64,000 bases of DNA from Candidatus Binatia bacterium (GTDB lineage: Bacteria; Desulfobacterota; Binatia; Bin18): contig OY761159.2 of the NCBI GenBank assembly GCA_963664395.2, forward strand, positions 608,001-672,000, read 5' to 3'. This document shows, in pieces, positions 30,408 to 41,304 of this stretch; position 1 is the first letter of the stretch; each line of letters starts with the position of its first letter. The translations under genes were made by a program, and so were the position numbers. The notes under the pieces were generated by a model. It saw only the letters and a list, made by a program, of their open reading frames with translations, searched no databases and was not told where the DNA came from.

Positions 30408-31799
30408 ATGAACGTGTCACCACATGAATCAACACTAGAAGATATCTTGCGAAAGGTTCCGCCACGGAACCTGGAGGCAGAAGAGGCTGTCCTGGGCGGC
30501 ATTCTCTTGGATTCCAACGCCCTCGACCGGGCGGCCGAGATCATAGGCCCCGATGATTTTTATCGTAAAGTCAACCGGAAAATCTTCCTCGCCATGTTCG
30601 CCTTGATGGAGCGAAGCGAGCCTATTGACCTCATTACGTTAAGCGAGGCCCTGCAAGCACGAGGCGAATTGCAGGAGGTCGGAGGGGCCAGCTATTTAGC
30701 AGAACTGAGCGATAGGGTACCGAGTGCGGCGAACATTGCAGACTATGCGCGGATCGTGAAAGAAAAGGCCGTCCTGCGCAATTTGATTACCATCTGCGGG
30801 GAAATCGTCAGTCGGTGCTATAGCGGTCGGGAGGATATCGATCAATTTCTTGATGAGGCGGAACGCTTGATCTTTGACGTGTCCGAGCAGCGGATTCGTC
30901 CGGCCTTCTCCAAGGTCGGGGATATGATTATGGATACGATCAAGACCATTGAGCGGCTGTATGAGCGCAAAGAACTAGTGACCGGCGTCCCGACCGGTTT
31001 TCTTGACCTCGATAGGAAGACAGCCGGATTCCAGCCATCTGACCTAATCATTATCGCGGGGCGGCCCAGCATGGGCAAAACCGCCTTTGTGCTGAATATC
31101 GCCCAGTATGTGGCCGTGGAGGCGAAGACGACGGTGGGCATTTTTTCGCTGGAAATGGCGAAAGAACAACTCGTGATGCGCATGCTGTGTGCGGACGCGC
31201 GGGTGGATAATGCAAAAGTTCGCATTGGACATCTGGGGGAACGGGACTTCCCTCGCTTGGTGATGGCGGCGGGGCGCTTGGCGGAAGCCCCGATTTATAT
31301 TGACGATACGCCCGGACAAAACGTCCTTGAACTGCGGGCCAAAGCGCGGCGGTTGAAACGCGAGGCGAACCTCGGGCTCCTCGTCATTGATTATCTCCAG
31401 TTGATGCGCGGCCTCACCAGGCAGGAGGATCGTGTTCGGGAGATGACAGAAATTTCACGTAGTCTGAAGGCATTAGCGAAGGAGCTGAACATCCCCGTGA
31501 TCGCCCTCTCTCAACTCAACCGCCAAGTCGAATTTCGTGGCGACCGGCGGCCAATCATGTCGGATATTCGCGAATCGGGCGCGATTGAGCAGGACGCGGA
31601 TGTCATCATGTTCATCTACCGGGACGAAGTCTACCATCCCGAGTCGGAAGAAGAAGGGACCGCGGAAATCATTATCGGCAAGCAACGCAACGGCCCGACC
31701 GGCACGGTCCGGCTTGCCTTTCGGAGTGAGTACACGCGGTTTGACAACTTGGTCGAAACCTTTGCCGGACCCGATGAAGTGGTAGCGGAGGGGGTATAG
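30408..31799 (+). CDS. dnaB: Replicative DNA helicase
   Basis: PPRNLEAE, GRPSMGKT, FSLEM, IDYLQL, SQLNR, ESGAIEQDAD and KQRNGPTG motifs. Confidence 0.98.
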   Translation: MNVSPHESTLEDILRKVPPRNLEAEEAVLGGILLDSNALDRAAEIIGPDDFYRKVNRKIFLAMFALMERSEPIDLITLSEALQARGELQEVGGASYLAELSDRVPSAANIADYARIVKEKAVLRNLITICGEIVSRCYSGREDIDQFLDEAERLIFDVSEQRIRPAFSKVGDMIMDTIKTIERLYERKELVTGVPTGFLDLDRKTAGFQPSDLIIIAGRPSMGKTAFVLNIAQYVAVEAKTTVGIFSLEMAKEQLVMRMLCADARVDNAKVRIGHLGERDFPRLVMAAGRLAEAPIYIDDTPGQNVLELRAKARRLKREANLGLLVIDYLQLMRGLTRQEDRVREMTEISRSLKALAKELNIPVIALSQLNRQVEFRGDRRPIMSDIRESGAIEQDADVIMFIYRDEVYHPESEEEGTAEIIIGKQRNGPTGTVRLAFRSEYTRFDNLVETFAGPDEVVAEGV

Positions 31800-31845
31800 G
31801 TGCGCTTATAGCTATCGTCTCTTCTCCCGGAAGCCCGCACTCCTT

Positions 31846-32673
31846 CTAATCGTCTATGGTTTCCCGCACAAAGGCAAACAGGCGGGACAGTTCAGTTAAG
31901 CCGTCGGCAATGCGGGGGCCGTACCAACAGAGCGCCATGCCATCCACACAGTAGAAGTGTCCGCCCTGTCCGGCCCGGGTCTTCTGGAGCGGCTTAAGAT
32001 GAATAAAATGCTTCTCCGCAAAAGGATAGGGCTCGCTCGGAAGGATGACGATGTGAGGGTCGGCAGCAGCCGCTTCATCCAGGGAGAGCGAGAAATATCG
32101 TTCGTCCTTTGTACGCAGGATGTTCTCTCCGCCGCAACACCACAGCATGTTATCGCTATAGGTCTCGTGGTTAAAAGACATCCAGGGCTTGCGCCAGATG
32201 GGACAAAACACGCGCAACCGTTCTCCCTCTTTCGGTCCGGTCGTCACCTCTTCATAGTGCTGCCACAGAGACATAGCCAGCGTCTGGGCCTGCTCTTGGC
32301 AGCCTATGAGCGGGCCGAGCTGTTCCACCAGCCGAATTCCATCCGCTACCGTACGCGGAGCGGTGACATAGATAGGCAAACCCCGTTTGTCCAGCGCCTG
32401 GAAATCCTCTTGTCTATTTTCTTCCTCGTTGACAATAATGAGGTCGGGCTCCAGGCGCTCAATCGTGTCGAGGTCGGGGTCTTTTGTACCGCCAACGTGC
32501 GTCACCCCCGCCACAGCGTCAGGCGGATGCGTACAATAGGAGGTCACCCCAACCACTCGCTCACCAGCTCCAAGGGCAAACACGGTCTCGGTAATACTCG
32601 GGACGAGCGAAATAATACGCCGCGGCCTTTGAGGAAGAGAAAGAGAGCGTTTATGGGCGTCCAGAAATTCCAT
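31846..32673 (-). CDS. Helical-backbone metal receptor (BtuF-like cobalamin-binding protein)
   Basis: RIISLVPSITE, GGTKDP, NEEEN, PSEPYPF and WYGPR motifs. Confidence 0.85.
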   Translation of the reverse strand: MEFLDAHKRSLSLPQRPRRIISLVPSITETVFALGAGERVVGVTSYCTHPPDAVAGVTHVGGTKDPDLDTIERLEPDLIIVNEEENRQEDFQALDKRGLPIYVTAPRTVADGIRLVEQLGPLIGCQEQAQTLAMSLWQHYEEVTTGPKEGERLRVFCPIWRKPWMSFNHETYSDNMLWCCGGENILRTKDERYFSLSLDEAAAADPHIVILPSEPYPFAEKHFIHLKPLQKTRAGQGGHFYCVDGMALCWYGPRIADGLTELSRLFAFVRETIDD

Positions 32674-32709
32674 CGTTTGGTGTCAAGGCGGGCTCTGTTT
32701 TGTCTTCAA

Positions 32710-33006
32710 TTACTGCTGCAGAATCGCTTCCAACTGCCGCCGTTCCTCTTGGGTGACTTCTTCGACAGCATTGGCCTGGCCATTTTCAGCGGTCGGGTCA
32801 GGAATGGTCTGGCTGAGCGCCGCACCCTTCCCTTCCTCAGGACCGAACAGGCCAATACGCCGCAATTCTTCTTCCATGATAAAAATTGCACCAATAAAGA
32901 GCACCAGCCCGACACACGCCATGAGGAGCATGAGTTTCGGGAGCCAAAGCCAGCGTCTTTTTTTCTGCGCCTGTACTGCTGGGCTATTCTTTCTTTGCCG
33001 TGCCAC
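32710..33006 (-). CDS. Small single-pass membrane protein
   Basis: Basic N-terminus, one transmembrane helix, AGGAGG RBS. Confidence 0.65.
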   Translation of the reverse strand: MARQRKNSPAVQAQKKRRWLWLPKLMLLMACVGLVLFIGAIFIMEEELRRIGLFGPEEGKGAALSQTIPDPTAENGQANAVEEVTQEERRQLEAILQQ

Positions 33007-33018
33007 GAGACCTCCTCC

Positions 33019-34236
33019 TTACGGCTGCCGCGAATGTCGCAGCTGTCGCTTGACAACCGCTCGGACGGCATCCCAGCCACTCCGCCGGTGCCAGCCATCC
33101 ACCCCGTTATACCACTTCAAACCGATGGATTGGAGTCGCCTACTCCGAGCAGCAAGCGCAAACCAAACGCGGGCCGTCGATCCATAGAAAAGCGTGGTGG
33201 CAAAAGCCAGCCGGGCCAGCTTCTTGCCTGACCAGGACCGCGCGACAGTCTGCGTGTACGTGTCAAACGTAAAATCCTGAGTCTTTAACGCCTCGATTGC
33301 GGCTTGAGCAGCACATGCCCCGTATTCAAACGCAAAAGAGATGCCTTCTCCCATAAGGGGTTCAGCTCCCGCTGCATCGCCAGCGAGAACAACGTGCGGA
33401 GCGGCAAGCGGCTGCTCGGAGGCGTACCCATAGATCGGAAAAGCGCGCAGCCGTCGGGGGACGCTCGTTCCCCCAGAGACACCGGAGACGCTCAAATGGC
33501 CGATTTCCTCAGTAAGGCAGTCCTGTAGCTCCGCATTGGAGAAAGAAGCCTCGCCTAGCGAATAAATACCAACATTCATATGCGGGACCCGATCAATCAG
33601 GCATGGGAAGGCCCATAAATATCCACGTAATCCAGTCGGCACAGGCAGAAAATTGAAATCGTAACGCTGCTGGGAGAAACCATCCCAGTCCGTTTCTGAG
33701 ACCGGCACATCGGCCATGATGGCTTTACCAACTGCTCGGTGGGTCTGCCCGATCAACTGTCGTCGCACCCGGCTGCCGGACCCGTCAGCCCCGACCACAA
33801 TACGTGCAAGATAGGTCGCCTTGTCTGTCTCCACACGAATGCCGCTCGGCTCTCGGATAAACTGTATAACTTTTTCACCTTGCCGGATTTCCGCTCCTCG
33901 CTCCTGGGCAGTCCGCACGAGTAAAAAATCAAACTCGTTCCGTCGGATGATGGAGCACATGCCCCCTTCCTCACACACAACCTCCTGTCCGGGCGGGACT
34001 TGGACAAACGCACGGTTGACCTGGACATGCGGAACAGTCAGGGGAATATCTAAAGCGTTAAGACACTCAAGCGTGTGAGGAATGAGTCCGCCAGCGCAGA
34101 CCTTCTCCCGCGGATGAACCGCTTTGTCGAGAAGGAGGATAGTGCCAGCCAACGCAGGGTCGCCTCTCAACAGATTGAGAGCGGTTGCGGTCCCGGCCGG
34201 GCCAGAGCCGATGATGATAACGTCAAAGCACTCCAC
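33019..34236 (-). CDS. FAD-dependent oxidoreductase (geranylgeranyl reductase family)
   Basis: GSGPAG, PREKVCAGG, GADG, YLWAFP and GDAAG..PLMGEGI motifs. Confidence 0.88.
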   Translation of the reverse strand: MECFDVIIIGSGPAGTATALNLLRGDPALAGTILLLDKAVHPREKVCAGGLIPHTLECLNALDIPLTVPHVQVNRAFVQVPPGQEVVCEEGGMCSIIRRNEFDFLLVRTAQERGAEIRQGEKVIQFIREPSGIRVETDKATYLARIVVGADGSGSRVRRQLIGQTHRAVGKAIMADVPVSETDWDGFSQQRYDFNFLPVPTGLRGYLWAFPCLIDRVPHMNVGIYSLGEASFSNAELQDCLTEEIGHLSVSGVSGGTSVPRRLRAFPIYGYASEQPLAAPHVVLAGDAAGAEPLMGEGISFAFEYGACAAQAAIEALKTQDFTFDTYTQTVARSWSGKKLARLAFATTLFYGSTARVWFALAARSRRLQSIGLKWYNGVDGWHRRSGWDAVRAVVKRQLRHSRQP

Positions 34237-34265
34237 AGCAGTGGGAGCCGTCCGAAGGCGAATGA

Positions 34266-34610
34266 TTAGCCTTCAATCATGGGGGCTTCTTCAGTCACGA
34301 ACCAGACTAAGTTGGGGTGATCTGTGAATTTCAGTTCATCCGGTCGCACGTGGGCCAGGTAGTCCGAGTCAGCCAAAAAGGCATCCACAGCAGCGTAATC
34401 ATCAAACCACAGTTCGGCAATACCATCGAATGGCGCGGCATTACTCTCGTATGCCTGCGGGGTCGTATGGCTCTGTACGTATTTCCGAATATACTTCCGC
34501 AGCCCTGGGATGCCTTTAATCAAATTCCCATGTTGAGTCCGCCAGTATGCGTGGAACTCGTCCACGCCCATCCCAGGCTTTCGTTTTACACAGACGACAA
34601 GTTTGACCAT
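34266..34610 (-). CDS. EthD-domain protein
   Basis: KRKPGM...FHAYW...H, YVQSH and FDGIAELWFD motifs. Confidence 0.88.
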   Translation of the reverse strand: MVKLVVCVKRKPGMGVDEFHAYWRTQHGNLIKGIPGLRKYIRKYVQSHTTPQAYESNAAPFDGIAELWFDDYAAVDAFLADSDYLAHVRPDELKFTDHPNLVWFVTEEAPMIEG

Positions 34611-34642
34611 AATACCCTTACGAACAGGACCGGACCCCCTGC

Positions 34643-35068
34643 TTAGAGGGCAGAACGCGGCCCAACGTTGTCCCGAATCCAGTCCACAATTTCCTGGGTA
34701 CTGGCTCCAGGGGTAAACACCTTTTTGACTCCGATTTCCGTCAGGCCGAGCATATCATCTTCCGGGACGATGCCCCCACCAAAAACAGCCACATCATCCG
34801 CCCCACGCTCTTTGAGCGCATCCAGAATGGCAGGGAATAAAGTCATATGGGCACCCGAAAGAATGCTTAAACCAACGGCGTCTACGTCCTCCTGCACGGC
34901 GGCCTCAGCGATCATTTCCGGTGTCTGGTGTAAGCCGGTGTAGATGACCTCAAAACCGGCGTCTCTGAGTGCGCGGGCAATAATCTTTGCGCCTCGGTCA
35001 TGACCATCGAGCCCAGCTTTTGCAACCAGGATGCGGAGTACTGTTTCTTCGGACACACCAACCTCCAA
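34643..35068 (-). CDS. Cobalamin-binding small subunit of an acyl-CoA mutase
   Basis: [17 protein letters not shown] and GGIVP motifs. Confidence 0.93.
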   Translation of the reverse strand: MEVGVSEETVLRILVAKAGLDGHDRGAKIIARALRDAGFEVIYTGLHQTPEMIAEAAVQEDVDAVGLSILSGAHMTLFPAILDALKERGADDVAVFGGGIVPEDDMLGLTEIGVKKVFTPGASTQEIVDWIRDNVGPRSAL

Positions 35069-35098
35069 AAGAAGGGACTAGGAATTGTTCCTTTTTCG

Positions 35099-36730
35099 TT
35101 ACAGCCATGCAGGGTCTTGATATACTCCAAACACCTCACGGTACACATCGGAGATTTCACCAATCGTACAGTAGGCTTTGACGGCATCGATCAAGACTGG
35201 CATTAAGTTCTGCCCGTTGCGTGCCGCCGCGTGCACTCGACCCAGGTTTTCCGCTACTAAGGCACTATCACGCTCTTGTTTGACCTGCTTGACCTGGGCA
35301 ACCTGGCTACGCTCAACCTCCGGATTAATCTTGAGGGTTTCCATCGGTCGTCCTGCTTCGACCACGTGCGAATTTACCCCAACGATAACCTTTTCTTTGG
35401 CATCCAGCTGTTGCTGATAGCGATAGGCCGCATCTGCGATTTCCTTTTGTGGAAAGCCGATATTGATCGCTCGGATAATACCGCCGAGTTCGTCAATCCG
35501 GTCGATATAGGCGAACGCCTCTTTTTCCATACGGTCCGTCAGGGCTTCGATGGCCCAACTGCCGCCCAGCGGATCAACGAAGTTGGTGACTCCGCTCTCT
35601 TCCGCAATAATTTGCTGGGTCCGCAGCGCGACCGTGACTGATTCTTCAGTTGGGAGGGCCAGGGTCTCGTCCATGGAATTGGTATGCAGCGACTGGGTGC
35701 CACCCAGGACGCCCGCCAGGGCCTGAATGGCCACCCGCACGACGTTGTTGACCGGTTGCTGGGCAGTCAGGCTGACACCGGCCGTCTGACAATGCGTCCG
35801 CAACAGCAGCGAACGGGGATTCTTTGCACCAAAGCGCTCCTTCATGATCTTGGCCCACATCCGGCGGGCCGCTCGCAGTTTGGCAATTTCTTCAAAAAAG
35901 TCATTATGGATATCAAAGAAAAAGGATAACCGCGGGGCAAACTCGTCAACATCGAGCCCGCGTTCTATCCCGGCTTGGACATAGCCAATGCCGTCGGCCA
36001 AGGTGAAGGCCAATTCCTGTATCGCAGTCGAGCCGGCTTCGCGGATGTGATAGCCCGAAATTGAGACGGCGTGCCAACGCGGTACCTCCTTGGCACAAAA
36101 TTCAATCATGTCGGTGACAATACGGACGGCTGGTTCGGGCGGGCAAATCCACTCTTTCTGGGCGATATACTCCTTGAGCATATCGTTCTGGATCGTCCCG
36201 CTGATCTGACTGCGTGGGATGCCCTGTTTATCGGCAACCGCAATATACATGGCGAGTAAAATACTGGCCGTGCAGTTCACGGTCATCGAGGTGGAGACTT
36301 CATCGAGCGGAATATCCTGGAACAAGCGCTCTATGTCTTGTATGGTCGAGACCGACACACCTTCACGACCAACCTCGCCCAGCGAGCGCGCATGGTCGGC
36401 GTCATAGCCCATCAGCACCGGCATATCAAAGGCGGTTGACAGGCCGGTTTGGCCCTCGGACAGCAGCAGCTTAAAGCGTTTATTCGTATCCTCGGGCGTC
36501 CCAAACCCGGCGAACTGACGCATGGTCCAGTAGCGACCCCGATACATACTCGGGTAGACCCCACGGGTGTAAGGGTATTCCCCCGGATAGCCTATCCCTT
36601 CGAGGTTGGAGCCGTTGAGATCGTCCGGCGTATAGACGGGCTCAATCTCCATATCGGATATGGTAGAAAATCGCTGCGAACGTTCCTCCTGTTGAGGATA
36701 TTTCTCATTCAACCACTCTTGCTTATTCAT
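35099..36730 (-). CDS. Acyl-CoA mutase large subunit (methylmalonyl-CoA mutase family, isobutyryl-CoA mutase-type residues)
   Basis: [35 protein letters not shown] and QSLHTN motifs. No B12 domain. Confidence 0.93.
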   Translation of the reverse strand: MNKQEWLNEKYPQQEERSQRFSTISDMEIEPVYTPDDLNGSNLEGIGYPGEYPYTRGVYPSMYRGRYWTMRQFAGFGTPEDTNKRFKLLLSEGQTGLSTAFDMPVLMGYDADHARSLGEVGREGVSVSTIQDIERLFQDIPLDEVSTSMTVNCTASILLAMYIAVADKQGIPRSQISGTIQNDMLKEYIAQKEWICPPEPAVRIVTDMIEFCAKEVPRWHAVSISGYHIREAGSTAIQELAFTLADGIGYVQAGIERGLDVDEFAPRLSFFFDIHNDFFEEIAKLRAARRMWAKIMKERFGAKNPRSLLLRTHCQTAGVSLTAQQPVNNVVRVAIQALAGVLGGTQSLHTNSMDETLALPTEESVTVALRTQQIIAEESGVTNFVDPLGGSWAIEALTDRMEKEAFAYIDRIDELGGIIRAINIGFPQKEIADAAYRYQQQLDAKEKVIVGVNSHVVEAGRPMETLKINPEVERSQVAQVKQVKQERDSALVAENLGRVHAAARNGQNLMPVLIDAVKAYCTIGEISDVYREVFGVYQDPAWL

Positions 36731-36854
36731 GCTTCCTCCGAAAGAACCAACTGTCTCTCCAGCGTATTCGCTGTACGTCCCAAGTCCTTTTGGGAGCAAC
36801 AAATTTTACGTTACATAGCACGACCAACACACCCGGAATAGGGGCATGTCCGTC

Positions 36855-37637
36855 TTATTTTCCAGCAAACTTCGCCGCTCGTTTTTCAAGAAACGCGGCC
36901 ATCCCTTCGGCCTTGTCCTGCGTCGCAAATGTCAACCCAAAAGCCTCGGTTTCAAAACGACAGCCATTGACAATATCCATATCAATCCCGGCATTAATGG
37001 CGGTCTTTGCCTGCTGAATGGCAATGGGTGGTTTTGTCGCCAGCTTATGGGCGAGGGCTGTGGCCGCATTCAAACACTCGGCCACAGGAACGACTCGATT
37101 GGCCAAGCCATAGCGAACCGCCGCTTGTGCATCAATCATATCGCCAGAGTAGATCAGTTCCCGGGCCAGCGGCAGCCCGATACGACGCGCTAAGCGCTGT
37201 GTGCCGCCAAAGCCGGGGATGACACCCAGATTAATTTCAGGCTGACCGAACTTGGCGGTATCCGCGGCAATAATCATGTCACAGGCCAAGGCGAGTTCTA
37301 GGCCGCCACCCAGAGCAAAGCCATTGACTGCGGCAATCACGGGAATGGGCATTTCCTCAAGCGTCCGGGCCACCCGGAGCCCCAGTGAAGCAAAGGCTTT
37401 TCCCTCCAGGGGGGACATCGACACCATCGCTGATATATCTGCTCCTGCAACAAAAGCTCGATCGCCCGCGCCGGTAATGACAAGACAGCGCAGCGTGGCA
37501 TCCTGCTTTACCGCGTCCAAGCAGCCGGCAATCTCACCCAGGGTTACTGGGTTGAGCGCATTCAGGCTCTTGGGACGGTTCACCCTCAGGATGCCAATCG
37601 CATCTTCTTTTTCAAACACAATGTTTTCATATGCCAT
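36855..37637 (-). CDS. Enoyl-CoA hydratase (crotonase)
   Basis: AFVAGADI, GFALGGGLELALACD and GQPEINLG..PGFGGTQRL motifs. Confidence 0.93.
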   Translation of the reverse strand: MAYENIVFEKEDAIGILRVNRPKSLNALNPVTLGEIAGCLDAVKQDATLRCLVITGAGDRAFVAGADISAMVSMSPLEGKAFASLGLRVARTLEEMPIPVIAAVNGFALGGGLELALACDMIIAADTAKFGQPEINLGVIPGFGGTQRLARRIGLPLARELIYSGDMIDAQAAVRYGLANRVVPVAECLNAATALAHKLATKPPIAIQQAKTAINAGIDMDIVNGCRFETEAFGLTFATQDKAEGMAAFLEKRAAKFAGK

Positions 37638-37638
37638 A

Positions 37639-38595
37639 TCAGTACTCCGGTTGCTCCTCAAAGTGGTGAAAGGTGTTGAGAAAGCGAATGGTCCGGCTCT
37701 TTGAGCGCATCACAACCGAATGCGACTCGCCTCCCCCGGGAAAAAACCGGACCCCACGGAGATAGCTCCCGGTTGTCACCCCGGTTGCGGCAAAGACGAC
37801 ACTGCCTTGGGCGAGTTCTTCGGTCGTATATTTTTTATGGATATCCTCCACTCCGCTCTCCCGTAGCTGGTCAATTTCTCCCGCGCTCCCCGGCTGGAAG
37901 CGGGCCTGAATCTCTCCGCCCAAACACCGCAGGGCCGCTGCGGCTAAAATACCTTGCGCGGCGCGTCCCGTGCCAACCAAAAGATCGAGTCCGGACTCCT
38001 CCCGCGTGGTGGCTAAGGCCGCAGACAGGTCGCCATCACTAATCAGGGTGACATGCACGTTAATGTCACGCAGTTCGCGCAGCAACTTGGCATGCCGGGG
38101 CCGGTCGAGCATGACCACGCGCAGGTTTTGCGGTTTGACCCCTTTCACTGCTGCGAGAGCGGCAAGATTGTCGACCATCGGCTTATCCAGATCAATCACC
38201 CCACGGCCCCACGGCCCCACCGCAATCTTCTCCATGTACACATCAGCGGGACAGCGGAGAAAACCACCCTCTTCAGCAACAGCAATGGCTACGATCGCAT
38301 TCGGCGCGCCCAGGGCGCAGGTGGTTGCCCCTTCAAGCGCATCGACAACCACCTCAAGGACGGGCCCCCGCCCGGTCCCGAGGCCTTCGTCGACATACAG
38401 CATGGGAACCGAGCCTTCATCTCCTTCGCCTAAGACGAGGTGGCCGCTGAACTCGATATGAGGGAACAGCCGGTGCATGGCCTCCACAGCCGCGGCGTCG
38501 GCCACCGCTTCATCTCCCCGCCCCATGTGGGAGGCTGCGGCTAAAGCGGCCGCGTCCGTCACACGAACGAATTCAAGCGCCAAGTTCCTATCCAT
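37639..38595 (-). CDS. glpX: Class II fructose-1,6-bisphosphatase
   Basis: MDRNLALEFVRVT, GEGD, YMEKI, LDRPRH, ISDGD and AATGVT motifs. Confidence 0.92.
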   Translation of the reverse strand: MDRNLALEFVRVTDAAALAAASHMGRGDEAVADAAAVEAMHRLFPHIEFSGHLVLGEGDEGSVPMLYVDEGLGTGRGPVLEVVVDALEGATTCALGAPNAIVAIAVAEEGGFLRCPADVYMEKIAVGPWGRGVIDLDKPMVDNLAALAAVKGVKPQNLRVVMLDRPRHAKLLRELRDINVHVTLISDGDLSAALATTREESGLDLLVGTGRAAQGILAAAALRCLGGEIQARFQPGSAGEIDQLRESGVEDIHKKYTTEELAQGSVVFAATGVTTGSYLRGVRFFPGGGESHSVVMRSKSRTIRFLNTFHHFEEQPEY

Positions 38596-38622
38596 GCCAA
38601 ATCTCTTTGCTTCTCCCGATTC

Positions 38623-39843
38623 CTACACTAAGGCCTGCACCTCTCCGCGAATCACGTGCTCCATCAAACGCCACGCCTCAGCAACAAACACGTTCGTCGC
38701 TTTGGCACACGGTTCGTTATATCCTACAGGAGACTCTTCCGTACCGTCATGAGACGAGAGAACCGCGAAAGGCACAGGGTCGGACGAATGCGTCTTAATC
38801 GCGACGGGCGTGGCATGGTCAGGCATCAGTAAGATGGTCCACTCCGGGAAGGCGTCCAGACCATTCAGAATAGTCCCGACAACTTTCTCATCAAAATCCT
38901 CAAGCGCTTGGACCTTTTTATCGGCCGCCCCCATATGGCCGGCTTCGTCCGTTGCCTCAACATGCAGGAAGAGGAAATCCTTGTCACGCAGGGCGGCCAA
39001 ACCATATTCGGCTTTGCCGAGATAATTCGTGTCAAGAAAGCCGGTCGCTCCGGGCACATTGATCACCTCGAGCCCGGCGAGTATGCCAAGACCCCGCACC
39101 AGATCAACCGCGGAAATGACCGAACCGCTCAGACCAAAGCGTTCGGCGATCGTCGGGACGGCAGGACGGCGGCCTTGTCCCCACAGCCAGATCGAGGAGA
39201 CCGGCTTATGCCCCGCAGCCTGACGCCTGGCGTTGACCGGATGCCGGACGCATATCTCCTGGGCGCGCCGCATCAGCGAACATAGTTGGTCGCCACCATC
39301 TCCCTGGGGCCAGTAGCCCTGTACGGACCGGCCAGTAATATCGTGGGGTGGCGTGGTGTCCATTTTTTCCTTGCCCCCGTGCCAGACCAGCAGGTGCCGA
39401 TAGCTCACGCCAGGATAAAAGGAAAACTCACCGCCGCCCAACTCGCTCTGCATCGTCCCAATCAACTCCGCCGCGTCTGCGCTGGGGATGTGGCCGGCCG
39501 CAAAGTCGAGCATGGTTTCGGTTCCATCCGCGGCGCGACCCAAGGTCACCAGATTGCACCGAAACGCAATATCCGCCGGTCCCAGCTCCACGCCCATACT
39601 GGCCGCTTCAATGGGCGAACGTCCGGTATGGTATTGACGTGGGTCATAGCCCAGCAGACTCATGGTTCCGACATCGCTGCCTGAGGGATAGCCCTCGGGA
39701 ATCGTCTGGGTGAGGCCAAAGATACCGCGGGACGCAAGGCGGTCCATATGCGGCGTATGCGCGTACTCAAGAGGCGTTTTCCCGCCGAGTTCATCGACCG
39801 GCCAGTCCGCCATGCCATCACCTTGGAGAATGATATATTTCAT
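38623..39843 (-). CDS. apgM: Cofactor-independent phosphoglycerate mutase (ApgM type)
   Basis: GDGMAD, GKTPLE, GSDV, HVEATDEAGH and PDHATP motifs. Confidence 0.88.
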   Translation of the reverse strand: MKYIILQGDGMADWPVDELGGKTPLEYAHTPHMDRLASRGIFGLTQTIPEGYPSGSDVGTMSLLGYDPRQYHTGRSPIEAASMGVELGPADIAFRCNLVTLGRAADGTETMLDFAAGHIPSADAAELIGTMQSELGGGEFSFYPGVSYRHLLVWHGGKEKMDTTPPHDITGRSVQGYWPQGDGGDQLCSLMRRAQEICVRHPVNARRQAAGHKPVSSIWLWGQGRRPAVPTIAERFGLSGSVISAVDLVRGLGILAGLEVINVPGATGFLDTNYLGKAEYGLAALRDKDFLFLHVEATDEAGHMGAADKKVQALEDFDEKVVGTILNGLDAFPEWTILLMPDHATPVAIKTHSSDPVPFAVLSSHDGTEESPVGYNEPCAKATNVFVAEAWRLMEHVIRGEVQALV

Positions 39844-39848
39844 ACGTC

Positions 39849-41264
39849 TCACCCATCTGAAAATTCGTGCACGCGGGGTGCCTGCTTTTGCTCCAGCACA
39901 CCAAAAATCGCATCGCGTGCGCTTTGATAATCGGCCGGCGATTCAATCGGCTTGTTTGCGGAATGCGCTGCCACCCCACGCAAACGCCCCTCATGGTAGC
40001 GACGTTTGAAGTCGATAAACTTGAGCCCATGTGCGGTGGATATCACAACGACACGTTCCTGTGATTGGATCTGCCCGGCGCGCACGAGTTTCCGCAGGAC
40101 GGCCAGAGCAACCCCAGTGTGCGGACAATTGAACAGCCCGGTCAAATCTGCCAATGCAGACGCTTCGGCCAACTCGGCTTCGCTGGCCTGCTCTACTATA
40201 CTATCGAACATCTGCAGGACCCGAATGGCTTTATGCACACTGACCGGGTCACCGATCTGAATGGCTGATGCCAAGGTCTTTTTGGCTTTGACCGGACGGT
40301 ATTTTTCAAAGCCTGTGGCAAAACTCTTGTACAAAGGATTTGCGCGTTCTGCCTGGGCACAGACGAGACGGGGCAGGCGGTCAATCAGACCAAGCTCCTG
40401 CATCAGCAGGAATCCACGCCCGATAGCCGTCACGTTGCCGAGATTTCCTCCGGGGACGATCACGACATCGGGGACTTCCCAATCAAACTGCTGAACAATT
40501 TCAATCGAGATCGTCTTTTGCCCCTCAAGCCGGAGACTGTTCATCGAGTTGGCCAGATAGATATTTTCCTTCGTACACAGCTCTCGGACGACCCGCATAC
40601 AGCCGTCAAAGTCGGTATCGAGCGACAGGGTCAGCGCCCCATTTGCCATGGGCTGAATGAGTTGGGCCGTAGACACCCGATTGCGGGGCAGAATCACAAT
40701 GGCGGGGATACCGGCCGCGGCGCAGTAAGCGGCGAGTGCGGCTGACGTATCGCCGGTTGAGGCGCACGCCACTGCGGGAATTGACACGCCATCCGCAATC
40801 ATTTGCTTTACCATAGAGACGAGCACAGTCATGCCCAGGTCCTTAAATGACCCGGTGTGGGAGTTTCCGCACTGTTTGACCCACAGCTCGTCAATACCGA
40901 TGTGTCGTCCGAGCCGCTCCGCCCAAAAAAGATTAGTCCCCCCCTCATACGTGGAAACAATATTCTCGTCATCAATGGCCGGACAAACCATTTCCTTCTT
41001 GCCCCACACACCGCTGCCATACGGGTAGAGCGTTCGTCGGTAGCGCTCGTCAAACAAATGCCGCCACTCCTGGGGCGAACGCATTTTGAGCGCGGTAACA
41101 TCGTGATACACATCCAGCAGCCCTCCACACGTCGGGCAATAGTACAGGATCTCGTTAAGCGGATGTTCACCTGGGCAGCCGGACGCACAGCCAAACCAGG
41201 CCCGAAACGGGGAAGGGGTCGGGGCCGTCAGAGGAAGAGAGTCTCCCAGCGCAGCGTGTGTCAT
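39849..41264 (-). CDS. thrC: Threonine synthase
   Basis: [25 protein letters not shown] and STAHGLKF motifs. Confidence 0.95.
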   Translation of the reverse strand: MTHAALGDSLPLTAPTPSPFRAWFGCASGCPGEHPLNEILYYCPTCGGLLDVYHDVTALKMRSPQEWRHLFDERYRRTLYPYGSGVWGKKEMVCPAIDDENIVSTYEGGTNLFWAERLGRHIGIDELWVKQCGNSHTGSFKDLGMTVLVSMVKQMIADGVSIPAVACASTGDTSAALAAYCAAAGIPAIVILPRNRVSTAQLIQPMANGALTLSLDTDFDGCMRVVRELCTKENIYLANSMNSLRLEGQKTISIEIVQQFDWEVPDVVIVPGGNLGNVTAIGRGFLLMQELGLIDRLPRLVCAQAERANPLYKSFATGFEKYRPVKAKKTLASAIQIGDPVSVHKAIRVLQMFDSIVEQASEAELAEASALADLTGLFNCPHTGVALAVLRKLVRAGQIQSQERVVVISTAHGLKFIDFKRRYHEGRLRGVAAHSANKPIESPADYQSARDAIFGVLEQKQAPRVHEFSDG

Positions 41265-41304
41265 AGTTGTCTCTGACCGGTTCTTTCCATTCTTGTACGT
41301 TTCG

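Noticed and set aside
31957-33231. 424-aa plus-strand ORF
   Set aside because: Antisense to three well-supported genes and has no recognisable motifs.
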